Positions 1 through 7,889 of a stretch of DNA of 32,000 nucleotides are shown piece by piece. Position 1 is the first letter of the stretch; every line of letters begins with the position of its first letter. The stretch is taken from positions 4,390,373 through 4,422,372 of the forward strand of contig NZ_JBEPOK010000001.1 in assembly GCF_040546765.1 (NCBI RefSeq), in the 5' to 3' direction. The position numbers were made by a program, and so were the translations under genes. This DNA is from Arthrobacter sp. OAP107 (GTDB taxonomy: Bacteria > Actinomycetota > Actinomycetes > Actinomycetales > Micrococcaceae). The notes below the pieces were generated by a model. It saw only the letters and a program-made list of their open reading frames with translations. It was not told the DNA's origin and searched no databases.

Positions 1-1098
1 AGCGGTGAAGCGGTCCACCAGGCCTTCGCCGCCGCCCTCACCGAACTGCCCGCCCTGCTGCCCGGCTTCGGCTACGACGCCTTGGGCGTGCCGGCCCTTC
101 GTGAAGCGATTGCCGGCCACTATACCGACACCGGCGTACCCACCACGGCCGGGCAGATCCTGGTGACGTCCGGCGCCCAGCACGCCCTCAACATCGTGCT
201 GCGGGCGCTGGCGGGCAAGCAGGACAAGGTCCTCGCGGAACAGCCGACCTACCCGAACGCACTCGACGCCATCCGCGCCACTGGATGCCGCATCGTTCCG
301 GTCCCCCTTCCGCCCGCATCCGAGCGCGGCTGGGACATGGACGCAGTCGAGTCGGTGCTGAGGCAGCAACGGCCCCGCATGTTCTACACAGTCCCGGATT
401 TCCACAACCCCACCGGCCGGCTCATGCCCGACGCGCAGCGCCGCCGGCTGGCCCGCGCAGCCGCGGCGTCGGGCACAGTCATGGTGGTGGACGAGACGCT
501 CCGTGAGCTGAACCTCGACGGCGGCACAACGGCTCCGCTGGCATCCTTCAGTCCGGCCGTGGTGTCCATCGGATCGCTGAGCAAGTCCCACTGGGCAGGC
601 ATGCGCACGGGCTGGATCCGCGCGTCGGAGAGCCTGATTCAGCGGTTCGCGGCCGTCCGGACCACGATGGACCTTGGCGGCCCGGTGGTGGAGCAGCTCG
701 CGGCGGCGCATTTGGTGCGAAACCTGGCCGATCCCCTGCCCGCCCGCCTGTCCGCGCTCCGGGAGAACCGTTCCGCGCTGCTGGAACTGCTCAAGGCGCA
801 CCTGCCGCGGTGGGAGGCGGAACGGCCCGACGGCGGCCTGGCCGTCTGGTGCCGCCTGCCATCACCCAGCAGCACGGCCCTCACCGTTATCGCCCCGGAA
901 TTCGGCATCCGCCTCGCCGCCGGACCGCGCTTCGGCGTGGGCGGGGTGTTCGAGAACTTCCTCCGCATTCCGTTCACGCTTCCCCCGGACCACCTGGAAA
1001 CCGCAGTTCTCGCACTGCGGGCCGCCCAGGACAGGCTGGACGCCGCCCCGCAGCTGCGGCGGACCCTCAGCGACTCCCCCGCCGCCGCCATCGCCTGA
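1..1098 (+). CDS. PLP-dependent aminotransferase, class I/II fold, resembling a MocR/GntR-type C-terminal domain. The 5' end is truncated by the window edge.
   Basis: Frame 1 is open from nt 1, so the listed TTG at 82 is internal. Motifs seen: PTYPNALDAI, NPTGR, and SLSKSHWAGMRTGW with the PLP-lysine SxSK context. Stop at 1096-1098. Confidence 0.8.
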   Translation, partial: SGEAVHQAFAAALTELPALLPGFGYDALGVPALREAIAGHYTDTGVPTTAGQILVTSGAQHALNIVLRALAGKQDKVLAEQPTYPNALDAIRATGCRIVPVPLPPASERGWDMDAVESVLRQQRPRMFYTVPDFHNPTGRLMPDAQRRRLARAAAASGTVMVVDETLRELNLDGGTTAPLASFSPAVVSIGSLSKSHWAGMRTGWIRASESLIQRFAAVRTTMDLGGPVVEQLAAAHLVRNLADPLPARLSALRENRSALLELLKAHLPRWEAERPDGGLAVWCRLPSPSSTALTVIAPEFGIRLAAGPRFGVGGVFENFLRIPFTLPPDHLETAVLALRAAQDRLDAAPQLRRTLSDSPAAAIA

Positions 1099-1257
1099 TT
1101 GCCGGCGACGGAGGACGCGGCAGTGCCTGGCGACCACACATTCCCTGGCGACGCGCACATTACCTGGTGACGCGGGAATCCCCGTGTCCCACGGCAATAT
1201 GCGCGTCATCCAGCAGATTGCGCGTCGGACAGCACATGCGGCGTCCCGACCCAGGGA

Positions 1258-1950
1258 CTACGCGTAGACCTTCCCGAGGAACGCACCCCAGGCCTGGGCC
1301 GTGGCCTGGGAACCGCCGCTGCCGGTGAAGTCGTGGACGGTCATGCCCACGGGCGCGCCGAACGCATTGCGGCCGAAGAAGCGGTAGAGGCTGTCCCCGG
1401 TCCGAAGGCCCAGGAAGTTCGCGTTGGAAAAGTCCACCTCCCCCGTAAGCCGCCCAACGCCGTCGACCTCCACCTCAAAACTGTCGCCCTGCGACGCACC
1501 GTCCACGCCGAGCGCCTTCTTGAGCTGCGCAAAGCCGCCAGGCGACTGGGACGCGGCCGGCGCCTGGATATCCGTGAAAATTACAGGCTGGCCGTCGAAG
1601 TACTTCAGATACTGTCCCAGCGTGTGGAGGTAGAACTCCGTGTGCTTGCTGGCGCCGTCGTACTGCTGGTCCCAGTCGTCTGCGAAGATGCCGCTGTGGA
1701 CATAGTGGAGCCTGGCCCGGCCGCCGTCGACCGGCTCCAGTACGTGCTCGAGCTGGTTGAACCAGCCACCCGGACCGTCCATCCGCGACACCAGGTGGCG
1801 CGGATACTCCTCCACGGTTTTGACGTCCGGCCACTGGTCGGTCGGGAACATCCAGCCGGGCGTGCCCTTGGTGACGGCTTCCCAGACCCGTTCCGGGGTG
1901 CCGGGCAGCTCGGTGTCAAAAACAATCTCGAATTTCCGGTCGTCAGTCAT
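1258..1950 (-). CDS. SRPBCC / Aha1-like (activator of Hsp90 ATPase homolog) domain protein, 230 aa
   Basis: The real start is the ATG at 1948-1950 (MTDDRKFEIVFDTELPGTPERVWEAV...). The upstream part of the 363-aa ORF is Arg/Ser/Pro junk overlapping the ArsR gene in another frame. An ATGACTGA 8-nt overlap with the upstream ArsR stop suggests translational coupling. Confidence 0.8.
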   Translation of the reverse strand: MTDDRKFEIVFDTELPGTPERVWEAVTKGTPGWMFPTDQWPDVKTVEEYPRHLVSRMDGPGGWFNQLEHVLEPVDGGRARLHYVHSGIFADDWDQQYDGASKHTEFYLHTLGQYLKYFDGQPVIFTDIQAPAASQSPGGFAQLKKALGVDGASQGDSFEVEVDGVGRLTGEVDFSNANFLGLRTGDSLYRFFGRNAFGAPVGMTVHDFTGSGGSQATAQAWGAFLGKVYA

Positions 1951-2572
1951 TGTCCTGCTCCTTGGCTGGGATGGTTTTGGTTGAGTCCTGCGTTTCCGGC
2001 TTGAGTGCCGGGTGAAGCGCGATGACGAGCCGGTGCTTCCGTCCGCCGGCACCGCCGTGGTGGTACTTATCCACGAGCCGGGTGACCGCCACGCCCAGGT
2101 CCTCGGCGAAGGCGGCCCGGTCCGCGGCCGTGCGGAAGGTGATCTCGCCGTCGATCGCGAACGTGGCAAGTTTCTGCCGCGCGGCAGCAGCTCCGGCGAT
2201 GAGCTTCCCCACTTCCTGGACCATGCGGCCGGCGAGCGCCAGCAGCCAGAAGGCCGAGAACCGGTCGGCGAAACGGCGCGGATCCGGCGCCACCGACTGC
2301 AGCGCCACCGGCGAGATGAGGTAGGAGGCAGCGGTGGCGCGCAGCACACGCTCGGTGACGTTGCCCTTGCGACGCTCCTCCACCAGCTCGACCAGGCCGT
2401 GCCGCTCGAGTGCCTTGAGGTGGTAGTTCACCTTCTGCCGCGGCAGCCCCACCTTCGCAGCGAGCTGCGTGGCCGACCCGGGCTCCGCCAGCTCCTGGAG
2501 GATGCGGGTCCGGATAGGATCCAGCGAGGCCTCCGCCGCGGCCGGGTCCTCGATCACTTCGATGTCCAACAT
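1943..2572 (-). CDS. ArsR-family winged-helix transcriptional regulator with a C-terminal extension
   Basis: N-terminal HTH region reads LDPIRTRILQELAEPGSATQLAAKVGLPRQKVNYHLKALERHGLV. It is followed immediately by the SRPBCC gene, a common actinobacterial pairing. Confidence 0.85.
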   Translation of the reverse strand: MLDIEVIEDPAAAEASLDPIRTRILQELAEPGSATQLAAKVGLPRQKVNYHLKALERHGLVELVEERRKGNVTERVLRATAASYLISPVALQSVAPDPRRFADRFSAFWLLALAGRMVQEVGKLIAGAAAARQKLATFAIDGEITFRTAADRAAFAEDLGVAVTRLVDKYHHGGAGGRKHRLVIALHPALKPETQDSTKTIPAKEQDND

Positions 2573-2590
2573 GCTTCAAGTATCTTCACC

Positions 2591-2606
2591 GACAATTTTA
2601 TTTGTC
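2591..2606. promoter_or_regulatory. AT-rich palindrome GACAA-N6-TTGTC. Candidate ArsR operator or promoter element.
   Basis: GACAATTTTATTTGTC lies 19 nt upstream of the ArsR start codon (2572, minus strand), in the only AT-rich patch of this intergenic region. Confidence 0.3.
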
Positions 2607-2629
2607 AAGAACTTTTTTCTCGTCCGTTG

Positions 2630-2697
2630 CCGTTTCGACGGTTCCCTGCCCGATCGACGGCGCGGATCGTCGTCTGCGCGGGGAACCGTCGAAACGG
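2630..2697. repeat. Perfect 17-bp inverted repeat separated by 34 nt
   Basis: CCGTTTCGACGGTTCCC (2630-2646) is the exact reverse complement of GGGAACCGTCGAAACGG (2681-2697). It lies in the divergent arsR / rluA-family intergenic region. Confidence 0.6.
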
Positions 2698-2757
2698 GCG
2701 GACCGGGCCGAGGGGCGGGGCAGCAAGCAGGAACCGGGCGCAAAGTAGAATGGACCG

Positions 2758-3714
2758 GTGATGCAATCCCCTCTTCCCGTGCGCGACGGCGTGAACGCCA
2801 CCCGTCTGCGCCTGCCGGACGAGGGACCGTGGGACACCGCAATGGACTACATGATGCACCGCTGGGGCCACATCGACCCCCAGGGCATCGAGGACAGGTT
2901 CGACGCCGGCGAGATCGTGGGCGAGGGCGGCATCCCCCTGCACCGCGGCACCAGGCTCGAGGACCACACCTTCATCTGGTACTACCGCACGCTCCCGCCG
3001 GAAACCCGGCTGCCCGTCGAGCTGAACATTCTGCACCAGGACGAGCACATCCTGGTGGTGGACAAGCCGCATTTCCTGCCCACCACTCCCGGCGGAACGT
3101 ACATCCAGGAATCGGCACTGGTCCGGCTCCGGAACCAGCTGGACCTCCCGGACCTGATCCCGATGCACCGCCTTGACCGCATGACCGCTGGCATCCTCCT
3201 GCTCTCGACCAACCCGGAGACCCGCGGCAAGTACCAGGTGCTGTTCGAGAAGCGCCAGGTGCAGAAGGAATACGAGTGCGTGTCCGCCGCCGAACCGGCT
3301 GCCGGGCATCCCGCCGTCGACTTCCCGGTGGTGGTCCGCAACCGGATGACCAAGTCCCGCAGCTATCTTCTGGCGGAAGTCATCGACGGCGAGCCGAATG
3401 CGGAGACGCGCATCAACCTGCTGCGGACGTTCGACGGCGCTGGGACAGGTGACCGTACGGCGGCCGGGGCTGGGGGACTTGGCCTCTACCGGCTCGAACC
3501 GCACTCCGGGAAAACCCACCAGCTCCGCGTGCACATGGCCTCGCTGGGCCTGGGCATCCTGCACGATTCGTTCTACCCGGAGCTGCTGGACAAGGCTCCT
3601 GACGACTACACCAAACCGCTCCAGCTGCTGGCCCGCGGCATCCGGTTCGTGGACCCCGTCACGAAGGAGCCCGTCGAGTACCGCAGCCGCCTCCAGCTAA
3701 GCGAAGTCCGCTAG
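2758..3714 (+). CDS. RluA-family pseudouridine synthase
   Basis: Motifs HQDEHILVVDKPHFLPTTPGG and the catalytic HRLDRMTAGILLLS (Asp motif). Start is GTG 2758 or the adjacent ATG 2761. Confidence 0.85.
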   Translation: MMQSPLPVRDGVNATRLRLPDEGPWDTAMDYMMHRWGHIDPQGIEDRFDAGEIVGEGGIPLHRGTRLEDHTFIWYYRTLPPETRLPVELNILHQDEHILVVDKPHFLPTTPGGTYIQESALVRLRNQLDLPDLIPMHRLDRMTAGILLLSTNPETRGKYQVLFEKRQVQKEYECVSAAEPAAGHPAVDFPVVVRNRMTKSRSYLLAEVIDGEPNAETRINLLRTFDGAGTGDRTAAGAGGLGLYRLEPHSGKTHQLRVHMASLGLGILHDSFYPELLDKAPDDYTKPLQLLARGIRFVDPVTKEPVEYRSRLQLSEVR

Positions 3715-4241
3715 CCAGCGCCTTCAAGGACGTTCCGGAAGACCGCCACGGTTTCCGGGCTGAAGAGCACGAACTCCACCAGCTCCACGCCGCCTTCGGC
3801 AGAGCGGGCGGCATAGGACCGGACGGCGTCGAAAGCTACCTGCGCCACCTGGCGGGCGTCCCAGCCGTAGACGCCGGCGCTCACCGCAGGAAAGGCAAGT
3901 GACCGGATACCCAGCCCCTCGGCAACCCGCAGGCTCTCGGTGAAGCAGGACGCCAGCAGCGCCGGGTTGGTCTGCCCGGCGTGGCGGTTGGGACCGACGG
4001 TGTGTATGACCCATTGCGCCGGCAGGCCGAACCCGGGGGTGGCCACGGCAGCGCCCACCGGCAGCCCGTCCCGGAGCGTCGTCGCCCTCAGCTCCCGGCA
4101 GGCGGCCAACAGTTCCGGCCCCGCCGCGCGGTGGATCGCCCCGTCCACGCCGCCGCCGCCCAGCAGCGAGGAGTTGGCCGCATTCACCACCGCGTCCACC
4201 GGCCGTCCGGTGATGTCACCCTCAACGATCTCTATCCGCAT
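3711..4241 (-). CDS. Macro-domain protein (O-acetyl-ADP-ribose deacetylase / ADP-ribose binding, YmdB-like)
   Basis: MRIEIVEGDITGRPVDAVVNAANSSLLGGGGVDGAIHRAAG is the canonical macro-domain N-terminal motif. AFPAVSAGVYG follows later. Confidence 0.85.
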   Translation of the reverse strand: MRIEIVEGDITGRPVDAVVNAANSSLLGGGGVDGAIHRAAGPELLAACRELRATTLRDGLPVGAAVATPGFGLPAQWVIHTVGPNRHAGQTNPALLASCFTESLRVAEGLGIRSLAFPAVSAGVYGWDARQVAQVAFDAVRSYAARSAEGGVELVEFVLFSPETVAVFRNVLEGAG

Positions 4242-4297
4242 GCAGCCAGTGTGGCACTGAGACCCGGCCCGGCGTAGAGGGTCCGCTCCCGTTCCGT

Positions 4298-4960
4298 GTG
4301 CGGTACGTTGTGCAAATGGACTTCGGCAATCCGGACACGTGGAGCACGGCGATCTACTTCTGGATCATCCCCGCTGTCCTCGGCGATGCCATCTTTCCGC
4401 CGATCCCGTCCGAGATGGTGCTGATCACGGGCGGTGCCCTGTCCGCCGCGGGCCGGGCCAACCTGTTCCTGGTCGGCGTCCTGTCCGCCACCGCCTCGTG
4501 GCTAGGCGACATGGTGGTGTTCCAGCTGTTCAAGCGCCGCCTGAGCCACGTCCTGGACCGCTGGACATGGGGCCGGAAAGTCCACCGCGGCATCCACGAG
4601 GCCATCGCCAAGGCAGGCCGGTCCTCCGCGTACGGCACCATCATAGGGGCCCGGTTCATCCCGGGAGGACGGCTTGCGACGTCGGCCGCCGCGGGCATCG
4701 CCGACGTCTCCACCCGGGGCTTCAGCCTGTGCGCCGGGCTGGGAGCCGTGCTGTGGGCGACGTGGCTCGTGGGCCTCGGCTACTTCACAGGCTCCACAAC
4801 GCGGCTGCCGTTCTGGGCGAGTTCGCTGATTGGGGTGGCGGTCGGCCTGGTGATCGGCGCCGTCGTGGGCCTGATCGTCACCCGCCGGCGCGGCGACAGA
4901 TCCCCGGTGGACGAACCCGGCAGCGCCTCCGGGCCGGGCACTCAAGCTCCGGGCGCCTAA
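4298..4960 (+). CDS. DedA / VTT-domain family integral membrane protein
   Basis: Multiple hydrophobic segments. DedA-like features seen: FPPIPSEMVLITGG, and RFIPGGR in the loop region. The start could be GTG 4298 or ATG 4316. Confidence 0.7.
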   Translation: MRYVVQMDFGNPDTWSTAIYFWIIPAVLGDAIFPPIPSEMVLITGGALSAAGRANLFLVGVLSATASWLGDMVVFQLFKRRLSHVLDRWTWGRKVHRGIHEAIAKAGRSSAYGTIIGARFIPGGRLATSAAAGIADVSTRGFSLCAGLGAVLWATWLVGLGYFTGSTTRLPFWASSLIGVAVGLVIGAVVGLIVTRRRGDRSPVDEPGSASGPGTQAPGA

Positions 4961-4986
4961 GCCTTAGAAACCTAAACACCTATGCC

Positions 4987-5292
4987 CTAAACGGGCGCCC
5001 AGCGGCCGCGGCTGCGGCGGAGCACCGAAAGCGAGCCTGTCAGCGCAACGCGTTCGACGGCGTCGCGCATCACGGCTGCCGATTCCCGTGCCGCGCTGTT
5101 CTCACCGTTGTATTCGGTGGGCTCCACGAGGAACCGCAGATTCAGTTGCGGCACACCGCCCGCCAGCTCCAGCTGGTGCGACTCCACATGGTGCCGCGAC
5201 CGCAGCGCCTCGACTGCGGTGTCCATCACGGCTTCGGGAGGGTTGCCCGGCTTCAGCCCGGTGATCTTGAGTCTGGTCTGGAAGGACGGCAT
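4987..5292 (-). CDS. Hypothetical protein, 101 aa, with no recognised domain
   Basis: The ORF has strongly G/C-biased third codon positions, typical of real genes here. It is divergent from hypA. No motif recognised. Confidence 0.45.
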   Translation of the reverse strand: MPSFQTRLKITGLKPGNPPEAVMDTAVEALRSRHHVESHQLELAGGVPQLNLRFLVEPTEYNGENSAARESAAVMRDAVERVALTGSLSVLRRSRGRWAPV

Positions 5293-5330
5293 CCTTCAAC
5301 CCTAGCGCCGCGGGCGAAAGACGCAGCACG

Positions 5331-5370
5331 CACGGACACGGCACCCACGGACACGGCGCGAACGGACACC
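5331..5370. promoter_or_regulatory. Three direct ACGGACAC repeats at 15-nt spacing upstream of hypA. Candidate regulator-binding array.
   Basis: CACGGACACGGC (5331-5342), CACGGACACGGC (5346-5357) and AACGGACACC (5361-5370). The array lies about 130 nt upstream of the hypA ATG (5498), in the divergent intergenic region. Confidence 0.3.
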
Positions 5371-5497
5371 TGTGGCCCCAAAAATCCGGCTCCGCAGGGC
5401 CTCAACTGTCCGTTCGCGCCGGGGTGGGGCGCACGGGTTATGCGGACGGTTGCGTTTTGTCCGGCGCGAGCCTATCTTGGCAGGAAGGGGCGCGATT

Positions 5498-5827
5498 ATG
5501 CACGAACTCTCCATCACGCAGGGCCTTGTCGACGCCGTTCTCTACCGGACAGGCGAACGGCCGGTCACGGCGGTCAACCTGAGGATCGGTCCCCTTTCCG
5601 GCGTGCTGGCTGATGCCGTGCGCTTTTGTTTTGACGTGGCAGTGGCGGGCACTCCGCTGGCCGGCGCGCGGCTGCAGATCGAGGCGCCGGAAGGCCGGGG
5701 ACGGTGCCGCAGCTGCCAGGACGAATTCAAGCTGAACGATCCCATCCTGCTTTGCCCTTGCGGAAGCGCGGACGTCGAAGTCCTCAGCGGCCGTGAGCTG
5801 ATGCTGGTGTCCGTGGAGGTGGCATAG
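5498..5827 (+). CDS. hypA: Hydrogenase nickel-insertion protein HypA
   Basis: N-terminus MHELSITQGLVDAV carries the MHE Ni-binding motif. Zinc-site cysteines are CRSC...CPCG. The RBS GGAAGGGG (5483-5490) precedes the ATG at 5498. The listed ORF start at 5372 is upstream junk. Confidence 0.9.
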   Translation: MHELSITQGLVDAVLYRTGERPVTAVNLRIGPLSGVLADAVRFCFDVAVAGTPLAGARLQIEAPEGRGRCRSCQDEFKLNDPILLCPCGSADVEVLSGRELMLVSVEVA

Positions 5828-5830
5828 GAC

Positions 5831-6772
5831 ATGTGTACAACATGCGGCTGCGGAGACGAGGCCGGCACCCGCATTTCAAACCTCGCAGGCGACCTGCAGA
5901 CACCCGGGCACGGGCATCTGCACAGCCATACGGATGAGCACGGCCACACCTTCACACACGAGCACCCGGACTCCACCGATCACCTCCACGTCCATGCAGA
6001 CTCCCATGAGCACAACCACGGGCATACGAACGGGCACCACCCTGCGGATCCGGGCACGGAGACCATCGTGCTCGAACAGAACCTGCTGGCCAAGAACGAC
6101 CTGTTGGCCGCCACCAACCGCGGCTGGCTGGCCGGCCGGGGAGTCCGGGCGCTCAACGTCATGAGTTCACCGGGCGCCGGCAAGACCACCCTCCTGGTCC
6201 GCACGCTGACGGAGCTTGGCGGGCGCCTCAACGCAGGCGTCATCGAAGGTGACCAGGAGACGTCCCTCGACGCTGACCGCATCCGCGCCACCGGGCGCCC
6301 GGTCATCCAGATCAACACCGGAGCGGGCTGCCATCTCGACGCCGACATGCTCCGGCACGGCCTTGATGCGCTGTCCCCGGAGCCGGGCTCCACGGTCTTT
6401 ATCGAAAATGTGGGCAACCTCGTCTGCCCCGCGCTTTTTGACCTCGGCGAAACAGCCAAGGTGGTGATCGTCTCGGTAACGGAAGGTGATGACAAACCCC
6501 AGAAATATCCGCACATGTTCATGGCAGCCGACCTCGTGATCGTCAACAAGTCGGACCTGCTCCCCTACGTCGACTTCGACGTCGACCAGTGCCTGCGGCG
6601 CATCCGGCAGATCAATCCGCGGGCCGAAGTCCTCACCCTGTCCGCCACCACCGGCGAAGGCCTCGCCGCCTGGTACGGCTGGCTCGACGGCGCCGCCTCC
6701 CATGTGGCGGCGCCCACCCCCGGGGTTGCCCGGCCAGAACCCCTGGCTGGTTCCCTGACAGAAGCACACTGA
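5831..6772 (+). CDS. hypB: Hydrogenase nickel-incorporation GTPase HypB with a His-rich tract
   Basis: N-terminal MCTTCGCG is the CxxCGC high-affinity Ni site. A 44-residue stretch (5909-6040) holds 17 His. P-loop [19 protein letters not shown], and NKSDL G4 motif. Confidence 0.92.
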   Translation: MCTTCGCGDEAGTRISNLAGDLQTPGHGHLHSHTDEHGHTFTHEHPDSTDHLHVHADSHEHNHGHTNGHHPADPGTETIVLEQNLLAKNDLLAATNRGWLAGRGVRALNVMSSPGAGKTTLLVRTLTELGGRLNAGVIEGDQETSLDADRIRATGRPVIQINTGAGCHLDADMLRHGLDALSPEPGSTVFIENVGNLVCPALFDLGETAKVVIVSVTEGDDKPQKYPHMFMAADLVIVNKSDLLPYVDFDVDQCLRRIRQINPRAEVLTLSATTGEGLAAWYGWLDGAASHVAAPTPGVARPEPLAGSLTEAH

Positions 6773-6802
6773 GCCCCGCAAGGGGCACTGAAAGAGGCAA
6801 CG

Positions 6803-7861
6803 ATGCCTACGGAAACTTCCCTTAAGGCCGAAGAAGCCCTTATCCACGTGCTGTGGATCAACGCAGGGCTCAGTTGCGACGGCGACTCGGTGGCGCTGAC
6901 CGCAGCCACCCAGCCGAGCGTCGAGGAGATCGTCCTCGGGGCGCTGCCCGGCCTGCCGAAGATCGCCATGCACTGGCCACTGATCGACTTTGAATGCGGC
7001 CCGCAGGAAGGGGCAGACGATTTCCTGGAGTGGTTCCGCAAGGCGGACCGCGGCGAACTGGAACCGTTCGTGCTGGTGGTGGAGGGCTCCATCCCCAACG
7101 AGAAACTCCACGACCCCGGCGGCTACTGGTGCGGCTTCGGCAATGACCTCGAGACCGGGCAGCCGATCACCACCAGCGAATGGCTGGACCGTCTGGCTCC
7201 CAAGGCCACCGCCATCATCGCCGCCGGAACCTGCGCCACCTACGGCGGCATCCACGCCATGGCGGGCAACCCGACCGGAGCCATGGGCGTACCGGACTAC
7301 CTCGGCTACGACTGGAAGTCCAAGGCCGGAATTCCCATCGTGTGCGTGCCCGGATGCCCGATCCAGCCTGACAACCTTTCTGAAACCATGACCTACCTGC
7401 TCTACCAGGCCACGGGCCAGGCACCGATGATTCCGCTGGATGAGGCACTGCGTCCCACGTGGCTGTTCGGCAAGACGGTCCACGAGGGCTGCGACCGGGC
7501 CGGCTACTACGAGCAGGGCGACTTCGCCACCGAGTACGGTTCCCCCAAGTGCATCGTCAAGCTCGGCTGCTGGGGTCCCGTGGTGAAGTGCAACGTGCCC
7601 AAGCGCGGCTGGATGAACGGCATTGGCGGCTGCCCCAACGTCGGCGGCATCTGCATCGGCTGCACCATGCCCGGCTTCCCGGATAAGTTCATGCCGTTCA
7701 TGGACGAGCCTCCCGGCGGCAAGCTGTCCACCAGCACCATCCGCCCCTACGGCTCCGCCATCCGGACCCTGCGGGGCATCACGACGCACACCCTGGACCA
7801 GGAGCCCAAGTGGCGCCGGCCCGGACCCGAGCTCCTCACCGGGGCCCGGCGCACCTGGTAA
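6803..7861 (+). CDS. hhyS: [NiFe]-hydrogenase small subunit, group 1h/5 type, with no Tat signal
   Basis: LWINAGLSCDGDSVAL, with CDGD in place of the usual CxGC. Cys-rich Fe-S ligand regions: GTCATYGG, CVPGCP, GCDRAG, CIVKLGCWGP..KCN, GGCPNVGGICIGC. There is no RRxFxK twin-arginine leader. RBS AAAGAGG lies upstream. Confidence 0.9.
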   Translation: MPTETSLKAEEALIHVLWINAGLSCDGDSVALTAATQPSVEEIVLGALPGLPKIAMHWPLIDFECGPQEGADDFLEWFRKADRGELEPFVLVVEGSIPNEKLHDPGGYWCGFGNDLETGQPITTSEWLDRLAPKATAIIAAGTCATYGGIHAMAGNPTGAMGVPDYLGYDWKSKAGIPIVCVPGCPIQPDNLSETMTYLLYQATGQAPMIPLDEALRPTWLFGKTVHEGCDRAGYYEQGDFATEYGSPKCIVKLGCWGPVVKCNVPKRGWMNGIGGCPNVGGICIGCTMPGFPDKFMPFMDEPPGGKLSTSTIRPYGSAIRTLRGITTHTLDQEPKWRRPGPELLTGARRTW

Positions 7862-7889
7862 CCCACCCACGTCCAGACAGGCGAAGACA

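Noticed and set aside
1951-2349. The N-terminal 133 codons of the listed 363-aa ORF 1258-2349
   Set aside because: This region is Arg/Ser/Pro-rich and overlaps the ArsR gene in a different frame. The SRPBCC domain begins at the ATG at 1950, which is coupled to the ArsR stop.
3711-3714. The convergent rluA-family and macro-domain genes share overlapping stop codons in the palindrome CTAG
   Set aside because: The overlap is real in the sequence, but it is most simply a compact-genome coincidence. No hairpin or regulatory feature is associated with it.
3711-4241. The macro-domain protein as a DarG-like antitoxin or an anti-defence ADP-ribosylation reversal module
   Set aside because: It is a single-domain, YmdB-sized protein. 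There is no adjacent DarT/DUF4433, ART or sirtuin partner gene, and the flanking genes are housekeeping.
5302-5517. A 71-aa minus-strand ORF in the hypA upstream region
   Set aside because: It has an Arg/Cys-rich composition, overlaps the hypA start, and has no RBS or motif. The region is better explained as a promoter and leader.
5720-5775. The second zinc motif of HypA reads CPCG (CxC) instead of the textbook CxxC
   Set aside because: From memory, the LLCPCGSADVEV arrangement is common in actinobacterial HypA proteins. It is probably lineage-typical rather than a lesion. An alignment of actinobacterial HypA sequences would settle it.
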